Source: Lingula anatina
Taxonomy: Eukaryota; Animalia; Brachiopoda
Length of the DNA: 64,000 nt
Reading direction: 5' to 3'
NCBI GenBank assembly: GCA_051362555.1
Contig: CM120645.1
Span: 5,952,001-6,016,000, forward strand
Within the stretch, counting starts at the first letter, position 1. Every line of letters begins with the position of its first letter. A model generated the notes under the pieces. That model searched no databases, had not been told where the DNA came from, and saw only the letters and a list, made by a program, of their open reading frames with translations. Shown piece after piece: positions 48,188 to 60,290 of the stretch. The position numbers and the translations under genes were made by a program.

Positions 48188-51100
48188 ATGGAAAAGCAAC
48201 TTAAGTTCATGTTTACATGTGTGATACCTTTGGTGGCAATAATACAGTTAGGTACGTACATTTCTAAAGAATTAATCTTGTTACAATTTAAAAAACACTA
48301 CAGGGTTACCACTTAATATGGAATATTTTTTATCATTGTTATTTTTGAGGGCTGATTTAAAAAAAAATTGGCTTGATTCATCAAAAACGTATGCCATTGA
48401 GTGATAAAAATATCCAGTCTTCTATTGTTAGATATTTTGGTCAATAATATCAAATCTGACATAAGATGTCATTCAAAAGAAAAGAACACCCCCAGAAAAC
48501 CATATCAACAGTTTGATGTCAGTATTAATTTTAAGCTAAGATATTAAAGAAAATGATAGCCTCCCGACAGTGATATTTTACACAGTCAAAGAAATCATTA
48601 CAGTAAATCATGAAAAGTCATCAATAGCAGGTATGACCTCCAGCAGCCGCTTGCAGCGCACTCATCCTACATGGCATACCTTGTGAAAAGTTTTTTAGAG
48701 TTTGGATGGGGATATCATTCCACGCAGTGATATTTGCCTGTCGCAGTTCATCACTATTTACCGGCCAATGACCATAACTATTAATTCTGTGAGTTACTTC
48801 CGCCCACAGACTTTCAATTGGGTTCATATCTGAGGAGTTTGCAGGCCAGGGCAGTTGCTGAACCCATTGGTTTCGAAGAAAAACAGTGATTCTGCGAGCT
48901 CGATGTGGGGTTGCGCAGTCGTCTTGGTACACAAAGTTGTTCCTGGAGATGACTCTTACAAATCAAAGCATTGTTTGCTGTAGAATGTCTCTGTAGGAAC
49001 CCTGGTTGAGGTTGCCTCCTAGAAAAACCAACTGGTTCTGGGCACCGGCATAAAATGCTCTTCAAACAGAGACGTTAACACCCCCTGCTTGCACCCTAGC
49101 CAGTACACAATCATCGTTTTATGCCTCTCGTACACGTCGGCGGACACGGGTTCGACCATCAACCCTAAAAACTCCATATCTGGCCTCATTACTGAAAACG
49201 ACGTGATTCCAATGTTTTGGCTGCAAAGGCACGTGTCCCCAGCCTATTGCAGACGTCGCTGTGTATGACCTGCTGTTAACAGTGGTTTCCCTACTGGCCT
49301 TCGTGCAAAATAACCGGCTTGCAGTGATCTCTTGTTCACGAGGGATCTTGAAATGGGCGTTTGAATGACCTTCTGCCCCTCTTTTCTGAGGACACTGGTT
49401 GTCTTTGTACGACCAGCACGGCGCACTCTGAGGAGAAGGCGATCCTGTCTTCTTGGTGTGATACGCGGACACCCTGGTCGAAGTATTGTAGTTGGTGCCC
49501 CTTTTGTAGCTTTTCTTTGGAGGACTTTACTAACGGTTCCTGATAAATGTTGCATTGCCTGGCAATAGCTGTCAGTATCTGGCCATTTTCTCCGAGAGCA
49601 AGATTCCCATAGTAAGCTGCGTTGCTTAGCTGTCGAACCATATCTTCTTCAAGGTACCTGTCAAGTTTCAGAGCGATATCTTTGTTGCTTCTCTAAATAC
49701 ACTCCAAAGATTGGCCAACCCATGCGTTTTTATACAAGGGCAGAAATTACCGAAAAGACCACCCCTCACATTTCTGACCACAGAACATGCAACTGCATGC
49801 ATCAACTGTTTCGACAGTTGTATGGTAATTAGGTAACACACCTGGCTACACATGGAGTGACACCTCAGTTTTGGATTTAAAGTAGTTAGAGAGAAAATGA
49901 ATATTTTGTAGAAAATAAACTCGCCAAAAAATAATATTCCATATTAAGTTGTAACCCTGTATATGGTTTTTAAGGCGTACTGAGCGAGTAAAAAACTTTT
50001 TATTATTTTTTTCGGAACTTAATTATATTAATTACAAAGGCATTTAGAACCCAAAACATCTGAAAAAAATACTAAAGTCAATTAGAAGTTCTTAATTTTA
50101 TATTAATACATTGACGAGTGATATTTACTGGTCTCTTTCTCCATTTAAAGGTTAACTCAAAATTATTAAAAAAAATTAAACGCCATCTTTTTGAGACTTT
50201 CTTCGCACAAGTATTTTAATACCATATTTTTTTCTTTTCAAATATTTGCTCCCCCTAATATTATTCGAATGTGTATATGCATTATAATAACTCCTGATAA
50301 TAATTCCTTTAAATGAATGGCATTATTTATACTTAAAGGGTTTGCTTCATGCCGTCAGAATGGCCTGAACGGAACATATTCTTCAGAAAACATGCCCAAC
50401 TAACGATATCTTTATCCAAATACACAAATTAAAAGCTCATTTTGTAAATTTTTGGCTTTAAAAAACGTCCTATTTGCTCGGCCTGGGAGTTAATGAGCTA
50501 CGTGGTCACGTGGTCCAATGACGACAATCGAGCCACTGGAGAACAGAGCGTGCTTAGCTGTCAAACTGAGCTGCATTGTCTACCTGTAAGATGACTTCTC
50601 TGGCTTCTGCTAAAAGTTTATACTCATTCAAATCTCTTACCTGAGGGGTCTAAATCCTCGTGAAGCTGTGTAAAACCATTTCCCGTCTAGTCATTTCTTT
50701 AACAAGCATTTCATTATGGTTATCCCAAGTTGTATAAAACACTGCATTTGAATGAGTTAAGGGAAATGTTGATTATTGCATATGAGGTCCATGTTATTTG
50801 TGAAATTCAATTTATTTTATTAAACCGCTGACACTCCGTCTTGCATACTTTTATTAAACGGAGGTAAACAATGCCCGTTACCTTTACAAGTCCTATCTTA
50901 ATCATCCATCTACCTGGAACTTCCTTTACCTCTTAATTAGAGGGTTAAATGGCATTCAATTTGTCTTGCTTGTATCGAACGCACTCTCTATCTAAGCTTT
51001 ACTCCAGTTATCTCAGGTAAAAATCTACCTGTGCGTTAGTTACAAAGTGCAGCTCCCGTAGACCTGGGGGTACTAGATAAAATATGAACACCAGGTTTAT

Positions 51101-54100
51101 CGAGGAGCTAGAGAAAGAAAGGAAGAATTTTTCCTGCACAACTTCATAGGAATTTTAACACGGACTTGATCCAGCTTAGACCTCCAAACTAACAGGGTGA
51201 CATGGGCAATTTTCACAAACAAATCATAAAACTATATTTCAGTTAACCGCCTTTAAAATAAATATACCGTTCTGGGTAAATTAAAATAGTTATTAAATCG
51301 CAAGAATATTTTTGACTTAAATGATGATTTTATTATTAATGGAAATTAAGCTACTATATGAGGTACATTTGCTGTGATTACGCTGTCCTTCATGTTTTGC
51401 GTAAGTCTACATTTTGCTGTATGTGCTTGTAATCTTTTTAAATATGTGCGTACAATTTTTGCAGGTCTGGTTACCCCCCTGTTATGTGATGAGAGTATTA
51501 ATTTGGCAATTAGTTCCTTAGCTTATTTGAATAGAATTGCAGTGTAAAATTTTCAACAAGATGTTGGCGAAATAGCCCATTACTCTTTGTAGGTATTTCC
51601 CCCGTCAAAGTTTGTCTAAAATTATCTTTCAATCTTTACTCTTTCAAAGACAGTATAAAGTTACCTGACATATTTTCGTGTAAACTTAATGACAAGCCAA
51701 GTGTCTCCAGTTCATTCCGTACTCAATTTTACCCAAGCAAATTTTTTTCTTGAGTAGATCTTTATAGCACGGTGTTATAAGCTTACAAATTTGCAAAAAA
51801 AAAAAAAAAAATGCGTACTGACGCAGAATTTGCGTTTCAAGTTATAAAATAATCAATCTTTTAAATTATTTAATATTTCAGATGAAATAATCTTCAGAAA
51901 CAAATCCTCAAAGCATAAACGAATTAGGATAACGAACCATTTTATTATAGCAGTTCCCATTTTTTCTTTAATATAACGCTCTTTTTCCTGTTTTTCCTCA
52001 ACACGTTTTCTTCCACGGAAGCTTCAAGATACCCTGAGAGCAATTTCTTTTATTAATGTTCGCGACCGTGTTTGAACTTAATTGTTTAAGTATTGATATT
52101 TAACGTCATTTACAAATACCAATAAAATAACCCCATGAAATAAATGAGATATATTGAAAAATATGAAAGCCCACAAAGACGAGTTTCATACCTGTTATTA
52201 CCTGGCTTGGGAATTGCAGCGGTGCATAATTAACAGGTTTGTTGTAAACGAGCTTTTGGTCAACTACAATGCATTTAAAATGCATCAGCAATCAGTAAGT
52301 TTGCCAAATGATGACAGTTAATCTGAAAGACTACCAGCTCTTGATATGATCTAAACCAGCTGAGATGACCATGATCTAGAGCATCGCAACTATTGTCACC
52401 GAAGTTAGTAAGTAAGTCACTGAAGACCGTCACAGACAAAGAAAGAATGTCAACGAGAGCTGCAATTTTGGTGAATCCCACGGCAACACACCGAGGCATA
52501 ACGAAAATTCCTCAACTCCGTTCAACACAACTTTCCTTAACTTCTCCGTCTGTATGCACCATGCAGCTCAGTTGAGTCTCATAGACCTTTATCGTGATTG
52601 TCGTCACAGTACCACGTGACCCAGATCTGTTGCTTCATTATTGCATATTGAGGTGAGGTTTACTAAAACGCTTTTTTTCTACTAATAGATAGTTTTTATA
52701 ATTTTTAAATGGCGGGGATCGATTAAAACATACCTTTAGTGTATAGATTGAGTGCTGCATCTTCAAAATTCGAGAAATGGATTTTTACATGAACATTGTC
52801 CTTTAATACAAATTCCGAGCAAGCACAGTGTTGGTGCTTTATCTTTATGGCTACATCCAGAACGGTGGATTAACTAGTCCGAGGGTCAAATATGGCGGAC
52901 CCACTTGAATACTTCCCCACGGGGAATCTGTTCAGTTTCAATTAGCGGATTAGACGGCAAGCTTTGTAGTGGGTCGCCATATTTGACCGCGGACTAGTTA
53001 GTCCACTGCTCTGAATGCGGCCTATATTTCAACACGTGTTTAAAAGCGTGTGGAAACTATACGTCCGCGCCCAGAGGCTCATTAATCACGGATTCTGTGA
53101 TAATTCTGTCAACGTGTTTGCTTGGCCTAATTTTATTCGATTGAGTTCTACTAGTGCGTGTACTGATTTATGAAAACGTATAGGCCATGTCCCTTGCAAA
53201 CAACCGATCTTCGAGAAAGAGAAATTGAATAAAATTGCGAGCGACCTGAACTGTGAAACTTAACCGGTTTTTAACTCAGAGGATATACTGGTAGCCTAAT
53301 ATCAAACGTCACAGGTGTTGTGAGTGCTTTTTACTTCCTGTCGCCGTTTCCATACCAAGGCCAAAATCGTTAATTTATGTGTAAAACCTAAATTCCCTGC
53401 GTATATTTGATTGGACACGACGCGTACGCGTGCGTGATAGACTTTAAAAGTACAGATACAGAAAAGTACGACTGAATTGCTTGGACCTCAGCTATGTTGA
53501 GACAACGTATATCAGCATGTTATGACACTTAACGAAGGCTTTGTTTTTATTGATCCTTCTTCTTAGTTGGATAATGTTTCGCGTAAAGTGAAGCTCCAAT
53601 CAAAAAGATAAAGGTCACATGAATAAACGAATGATCAGTATACTGTTCCCCTCAATTTTCTTTGTATTTTATCTGTTGGTCAATAAAATTTCCATTTATT
53701 ATTTAATAACAAAATATATCTTGTCGTCAACGCGCGTCTTTAACCTGAGTTCTAAAGCATCCGAAAGCTTAACAGTTCGTGGCGTTTTACATGCATTACC
53801 CAAACAATCTTACCGCAAAAGTGAGAAAGAAAAATTATCAGGCTTATTCACAACAATGACCCACATTAAAGCCAACAGGTAGATCCAGAAGCTAAACAGA
53901 GTAGGCCTATGAGATTACTTTTGAAATAATTGCCTGACCATACATGTGCTAATTTTCTAACTGGATCTGATCTTCCAGTACCCAGTAATCATAGTTTTAA
54001 CTTTTTCCAGCTAGCGGAGGTGAATATTGCTGCCAGTATTTCACGTCAAATGGCACGTTCACGGACAATTTCTACTGTTCTAAGTACTGCTGCGGGACAT

Positions 54101-55383
54101 CTACCAGTAAATACTGCTGTACATCGTCCTATAGGAGATACTTCCCGAGTTTTTCCGCCAGTTGGTTATGCCCAACCGTGACAAAATGTTCGTACATGTA
54201 CTGGGGTATGTACAATTAAATTTTATCAGTGATGCATTCTGTGAAGTGTAAATTTAATTCTTTGTGTGGATTTTTTATATCTGACTTTGACCTTTGATCT
54301 CTCTGTTCACAGGGGAATACTGCTGTCCATATTACACGTCTAATGGAAGTTACGAGGGCTCATTCCACTGTACCAAGTACTGCTGCGGGACATCTACCAA
54401 CAAATACTGCTGTGCCTCGGAGTACGTTAGATACTATCCGAGTTATTCCACCCTTTCGTCATGCCCCACCCCTACGCCACCTCCTAGCAATCCAGTTGTT
54501 TTTAATGTGTAAGTAACTAATCTAAAGTACCATTTAAAGAATTTGTCAAGTTTTTACAGTATAGCATGTACTTTCGTGTGTTTTGCAGGGCCGGATCCAG
54601 AGATATTTTCTTAGCCCGGGTGAAAGTAGAATTTATTTTTTGTCCCGAGTTCTTTTTTAAAACAGAGAAACGATTTTCAAACGTGTGTTAATTTTAAAAC
54701 TATTAATTCAAGGTGTCGGTTTTCTTTTTCTTTAAGTATCGGTGCCATAGTTGGCTCTGTTGTCGGTTTCATCGCCCTGTGTGTCATCATAGGAGTTGTC
54801 ATCTGCTGCGCAACCGGATGCTGTGGGCAAAGAAGAGGAACAGGTAAGAGAGAATGAAAAACACTGTTAACCTTTTGAATTTATCCCCGTCTAATCATGC
54901 CGTACATTATATCTTTTTTAAAATTTTTAAAATTTTTTAAATAGGAAAAATATACATGTTAAGAAGGATTTGAAAGCAAGGACTGCGGGTAACACTGGAT
55001 ATTGTATCTTTACAGTAGCAATGGGAAATGGCGCTGTATACACGACGGCGACCATATTGCAGGGCTATCCAGTCGGGTTTTCGCCACCTCCATCGAATAC
55101 GGGGTATATGCCAGGAATTTCACCACCGACTACAGGACTAGGACCAGGATTGGCACCCAATTCAGGACCAGGGGTACATGCACCGGATGCACTGAGCGGA
55201 TCCAGTCATGCTGAACCCCCTCCCCTATACCCGGGAAGAGATTTTGCATACCCCCCTACCTCTTACCCTCCCACAGGCGCTGCAAGCCCCCTTACCCTCC
55301 CACAGGCGCTGCATACCCCCCTCCAAGTTAAAAACAGGCCTTGCACTCGTTATACTTGTATAGTCTTTGCAAATACAATATAA
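48188..55383 (+). CDS. Gene G: Shisa-like protein, 2 Cys domains, about 303 aa, PPLY tail with frameshifted end
   Basis: Exons: 48188-48251 (signal MEKQLKFMFTCVIPLVAIIQL), 54011-54187, 54313-54508, 54737-54843 (TM), 55016-55383. Total 912 nt, in frame. Confidence 0.85.
48301..49959 (-). mobile_element. Tc1/mariner (DD34E-type) DNA transposon, full length, degenerate transposase
   Basis: 27-bp TIRs CAGGGTTAC(C/A)ACTTAATATGGAATATT, TA on both sides. Broken minus-strand frames 49641-48621 with RPGCPRITPRRQDR, VVFSNEARY, YQDDCATPH and WPANSSDMNPIESLW. Confidence 0.93.
50337..52802. mobile_element. Kolobok-like non-autonomous DNA transposon (TTAA TSD), copy 2
   Basis: Near-identical to 23408-25898 and flanked by TTAA. 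Confidence 0.75.
52849..53022. mobile_element. 174 bp palindromic MITE with 3-bp TAT duplication
   Basis: About 55 bp imperfect TIRs (..TAACTAGTCCG.GGTCAAATATGGCG.. / ..CGCCATATTTGACCGCGGACTAGTTA..), TAT on both sides. Confidence 0.75.
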
Positions 55384-56497
55384 AGAGCTACAGGGGTAGT
55401 TACTATTTTTCCTTAACAATAAGGAATAATTGGAAGAACGGGCGAGGTATTAATCCGATTTATATAAACTTATATTTTTCTCAGTTTTTTTGTCTATTTC
55501 AATAGGAATTTGTGATTGATTATTATCAAAGGACAGAATTGTACAAAAATACGCTTTTTAAAATAACTTGGGTTAGCAAAAACACCCACGTCAATTTATT
55601 ATGACGAGATATTGTATTCAACTTTGCAGAATGAAATTTTGTCCACAAAGGATTCATGTCGTCATCAGTTTCGTCTTTTCTATGAACCAAGCAAGTTTTA
55701 AAGATACAAACATTTCGATTTTGAAATGTTTAATAGCATTTCTTCATGAATCTTACACATGACAGAATTACTGTCCTTATTGTGTGTATTCCCATGGAAA
55801 GCAGCTCGGTCGACATAATTACATGTTTTCATTCGCCAGAAGTGATATATTATGGCACATTCTACAATCAAAACGCATTTTCTGATCTGCAAGATGCCCT
55901 TATGTGGAAACAACAAATTGCATCTTCCTCCAGAGGGTAGCTGAAAATAAAAGCATATTTTCACCCCTCCTTTGTTTGTTTGGTATACAGTCTACAAGCA
56001 CAGCTTATATTGCAGCCGAATGATAAAGGCGATTTTAAAAAAATGGCAAAAATAAAGAAAGTTTACTGTCGTTAATGATCGTCAGTCACCAGTCATGTTT
56101 TCGTTTGAGAACAGCATCTGACGGACGAGTACGATGTAAACTCTTACGTACGAACACCTGGGGTTGCTTAAGCTGTATCTAGGAGTGACGCATGCGTAAT
56201 CGACTTATGACGACTCCAATAGCAACTGCATACAAGCAAGACCCATGTTAGGTGGAGGTAGCTTATAAGATTTACGGTGACATGTCATTAAATGCTTTAG
56301 GGGTTTACTGTTCAATCAGTTGACGTGTGACCCACTACTTGGGAATGTCGCCAATCTAGACTTTAAGTTCGTCTGGACCGCAGACGAAACTGTTACAACG
56401 CGAAGTCATATTTTCGGTAATTGACGATCTCTGTGGAGTGGGTTTTTTGCGAACTCTTCAAAGTTGTCACAAGCTTATAATTCTTTGAATCAACGCC

Positions 56498-57552
56498 ATG
56501 GAAAAGCAAGTCAAGTTCATGATAATTTGTGTGATAACTTTGTTGGCAATCATACCCTCAGGTACGTAAAACAAACTGCTTAACTGTCAATATTCTTTAC
56601 AGTTGACAGAATACAATTAAGAGGCACAGTATGTGCGTTAGACGTTTGTAGTGCATAAAACGTACTGTTCTAGAAGTGTAGAATATTTTACCTTAGTCAC
56701 TAAGGTTTATTCCTACCAAAAACCGTTGCGAAATTCCCTAATCTGTCTTCGAGTTCTACATTTCTGTTCATATACTTTTACTAATGATTCAACCAGTTTC
56801 TATCTCCATTACAAGAGTAACTCAAATTAAAAACATCGTATTAAAAACATTGAAAAATTATGATGACTGTGCGTCTTCTTCTTGAATTTTTTTACAAATG
56901 TTTTATTTGTATCACCTCTCAAGTTGACCTCTAATGACCCGAATAGTCAAATATGGACAAATATATAGTGAATTATTTCACATTCATTAATGCAATTATT
57001 CATATCAAGAAATCTGTGTTGTGTTTTTGTTAATTCAAAAGTTTTGATAAGCTTGTGGTGAATTTTGAACACAAATATATTCCGTAGACGAAACAATGGT
57101 GACATATTCTCTTATTCGCAATCTCAGTTGAATGTAGCACAGCCTTTTGGAGCGAAGGTGTGATACATATACTGAGTAATCACATCCGTCAGTGCTTTAA
57201 CTTTCCATTTTATCCTTAAATTCAGTGTGGATTCAGTGGGTACAAAATACATCCGTGTCGAGTGACACATTAATAATGTGATACGTAATAAAACTGTCTA
57301 CGTGTTTGCTTAGCCTCAATCAATTTGCTCTTTAGCGTCCTAATTTGAACTCGTAAACAGTATGTGCCGTCGCTGGCAAACAACCACCCTCAACGGGCTA
57401 ATTTTTTTTACAAATTGAGAACGAATTCAGCTGTTAAGATTCACCGGTTTAAGCAATAAAGATATCCTAATATAAAAAAAAAAATTACGGGTATTACAGC
57501 AAGGTCCATATATGGGGTTGCTTCCTGCTGTCTATTCTACCTGTAACTATAC

Positions 57553-57595
<43 letters not shown>

Positions 57596-60290
57596 GTGAG
57601 TTTACTCAAACACAGCAACCAAAAGGTTGAAGTTGTACAGAAATGAATAAGAAAAAATTGCATATTAAAATATTTACATAGAAAAAAGGATGTGCAATAA
57701 GACCAAAAATAATGAGTACGAAAATAGAACACAGATTCGTTATTTTCTTTAACAATATCTTGAGCAAATCTAGTCAAAGGAGTCAATTCAATCATGATTA
57801 AATGAAAATAACGATGAAAATAAAGGAAGTAAAGAGGGATGGTAGATTAACCATACAAAGTGTCTGTATATTTCCTTGATATTATGAAACATGTTACTAG
57901 TGACAGTTACCAAACAGCATAACATTCAAAATAATAATTTGGTCAGGTTTATATTTAACCTGACGCGTACTTTATCCCATCGTTTTTACTTTTCCAGTGA
58001 GCGGGCGTGAATATTGCTGTCCGTATTACACGTCATCTGGCAGTTACAGAGATTCCTTCTACTGTTCCAAGTACTGCTGCGGGACATCTACCAGTAAATA
58101 CTGCTGTTCCTCGTCCTATAACAGATACTACCCGAGTTATTCTTATAGATGGTTATGCCCCTCCGCCACCAGGCCAACCACAACAACAGGTTCGTATTTA
58201 ATAAGAGAAGAATAATTTTTTCACTTTGTCAGTATACAACTTCGACGTTAAGTGAAAACGGTGTGGTGTGACGATTTGAATTCTGACCTTGACTTTTCCA
58301 TGAGCTTTCACCTCTGTATTTACAGTCCGTAGGGTGGGTTCAGGAGAATATTGCTGCGCATATTACACGTCATCTGGCAGTTACAGAAGTTCGTTCTACT
58401 GTTCCAAGTACTGCTGCGGAACATCTACCAGTAAATACTGTTGTACCTCGTCCTATAGGAGATACTACCCGAGTTATTCTGTTAGATCGTTCTGCCCCTC
58501 CGCCACCAGGCCAACCACAACAACAGGTTCGTATTTAATAAGAGAGGAATAAATTTTTCACTTTGTCAGTATACAACTTCGACGTTAAGTGAAAACGGTG
58601 TGGTGTGACGATTTGAGTTCTGACCTTGACTTTTCCCTGAGCTTTCACCTCTGTATTTACAGTCCGTACGGTAGGTTCAGGAGAATATTGCTGCGCATAT
58701 TACACGTCATCTGGCAGTTACAGAAGTTCGTTCTACTGTTCCAAGTACTGCTGCGGGACATCTACCAGTAAATTCTGTTGTACCTCGTACTACAGCAGAT
58801 ATTACAAGAGTTATTCATTTAGTTCCTTCTGCCCAACTGCGACAAAAGGTTTGTACTCGGTACATGTCCATTTTTTACAGTAAAGTTATCTTTTTGATCA
58901 ATGATTGATTAATCAATTATTCTCATTCAGTTTATTAAATGCCCTTGCAATCGCTACCCAAACAGGTTCGTATGCAAAGCTGGGCCTGGACGGTATGATT
59001 TTCCATTTTGTCAGTGTTCTGCTTTAAACAGCCTTCTATCGAATGACAATATTATGATGTGAACATTAAATATTTGTTATCAGACCTTGGTCTTGAATTT
59101 GCCGTAACCTTTGATTTTGTTGTTTATAGGAGAATATTGCTGTGCATATTACACGTCATCTGGAAGTTACGAGAGCTCGTTCTACTGTACCAAATACTGC
59201 TGTGGGACATCTACTTATAAATACTGCTGTACCTCTGCATACAATAGTTACTATGACAGTTATTCCTCTCTTTCCTCATGTCCCGACCCTACGACCAGTC
59301 CAGGCAGTCCAGGTGCTTCAAATCTGTACGTATTCCAAAGTATGGAGTTCACTGTGCACGCACATCTTTTTGTGTAGTAGGCCTAATGTAGGTTCATTTT
59401 TATGTGTAATTTTATTGACATACTAGCTGTCACACTAGCTGTTATATGTTTGCGTGTGTTAATATCATTTGTACGGTTTGATTGACAACAGCAACGGCGA
59501 TGACACGTGCAGGCACAAAGATCTGAACATACATGTATGTGTATATACGGATACGTTCTGTCACTGTTATCATATACATTCACTGTCTATTATATATATT
59601 ACATGATAATGAAATAAATAAATAGAATAATAATAATACTAATGACAATGTGTAAGAAATAGTTTGTGTATTTTGAAATTCTACTTTTGAATCATCCCAG
59701 GTTAGAGTAGGTAGGCTGAATATTTCGTCCCGTCATTTTTTTTTTTTTTTTTTGTGAAATAATGTCATGGTTTTTTGAATGTGTTACCTTTATTAAACTA
59801 TTAACTCGGATTTTCGATTTTTTCCGTTTTAGAATCGGTATCATAATTGGCCCTACAGTCGGTTTCATTGTCCTGTGTGTCATAATAGGATCCATCATCT
59901 GCCGTGCAACAGGGTGCTGTAATAAGCAAAGGAGAGGAGCAGGTAAGTGAAAGAAACAAAATTAATGCAGGTGACTCTCTCCTTCTGTCAATGCCTTCGG
60001 ACACTTATCAACTGCACTTAAAACAGAAAAAAGCACATGGCAAAAGAATGTTAAATAAACTAAGGGCTGTAGGTAATACTATATGATATATTTTTTCAGT
60101 GACACAAACCCCTAGACATACCATTGTGTACACAACAGAGACTGTAGTGCAACAGGGTGCACCAAATGCCGGGTATGGACCAGGAATGCCACCACCAACT
60201 ACAGGACAAGGACCAGGATTGACACCCCATTCGGGACTGGGGGTACATGTACCTGCATGGGATGCACCGAGCGGATCCAGTAATGCCTAA
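56498..60290 (+). CDS. Gene H: Shisa-like protein, 4 Cys domains, about 379 aa, tail truncated by premature stop
   Basis: Exons: 56498-56561 (signal MEKQVKFMIICVITLLAIIPS), 57998-58189, 58326-58526, 58663-58848, 59130-59325, 59833-59942 (TM), 60100-60290. Total 1140 nt, in frame. The frame stays open after the TAA to 60431. Confidence 0.85.

Noticed and set aside
57998-58848. Regularly spaced repeats as a CRISPR array or DGR template/variable repeat
   Set aside because: Repeats are exon-intron duplications in a eukaryotic locus. There are no cas genes, and the only RT is a LINE fragment.
52-59377. Short Cys-rich ORFs as standalone toxins, defensins or metallothioneins
   Set aside because: They are bounded by phase-compatible splice sites and join to signal, TM and tail exons. 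The ORF-track starts are mostly intronic or GTG/TTG artefacts.
60288-60290. Programmed read-through or selenocysteine at gene H stop
   Set aside because: The codon is TAA, the least leaky stop and not UGA, and it derives from GAA by one substitution.
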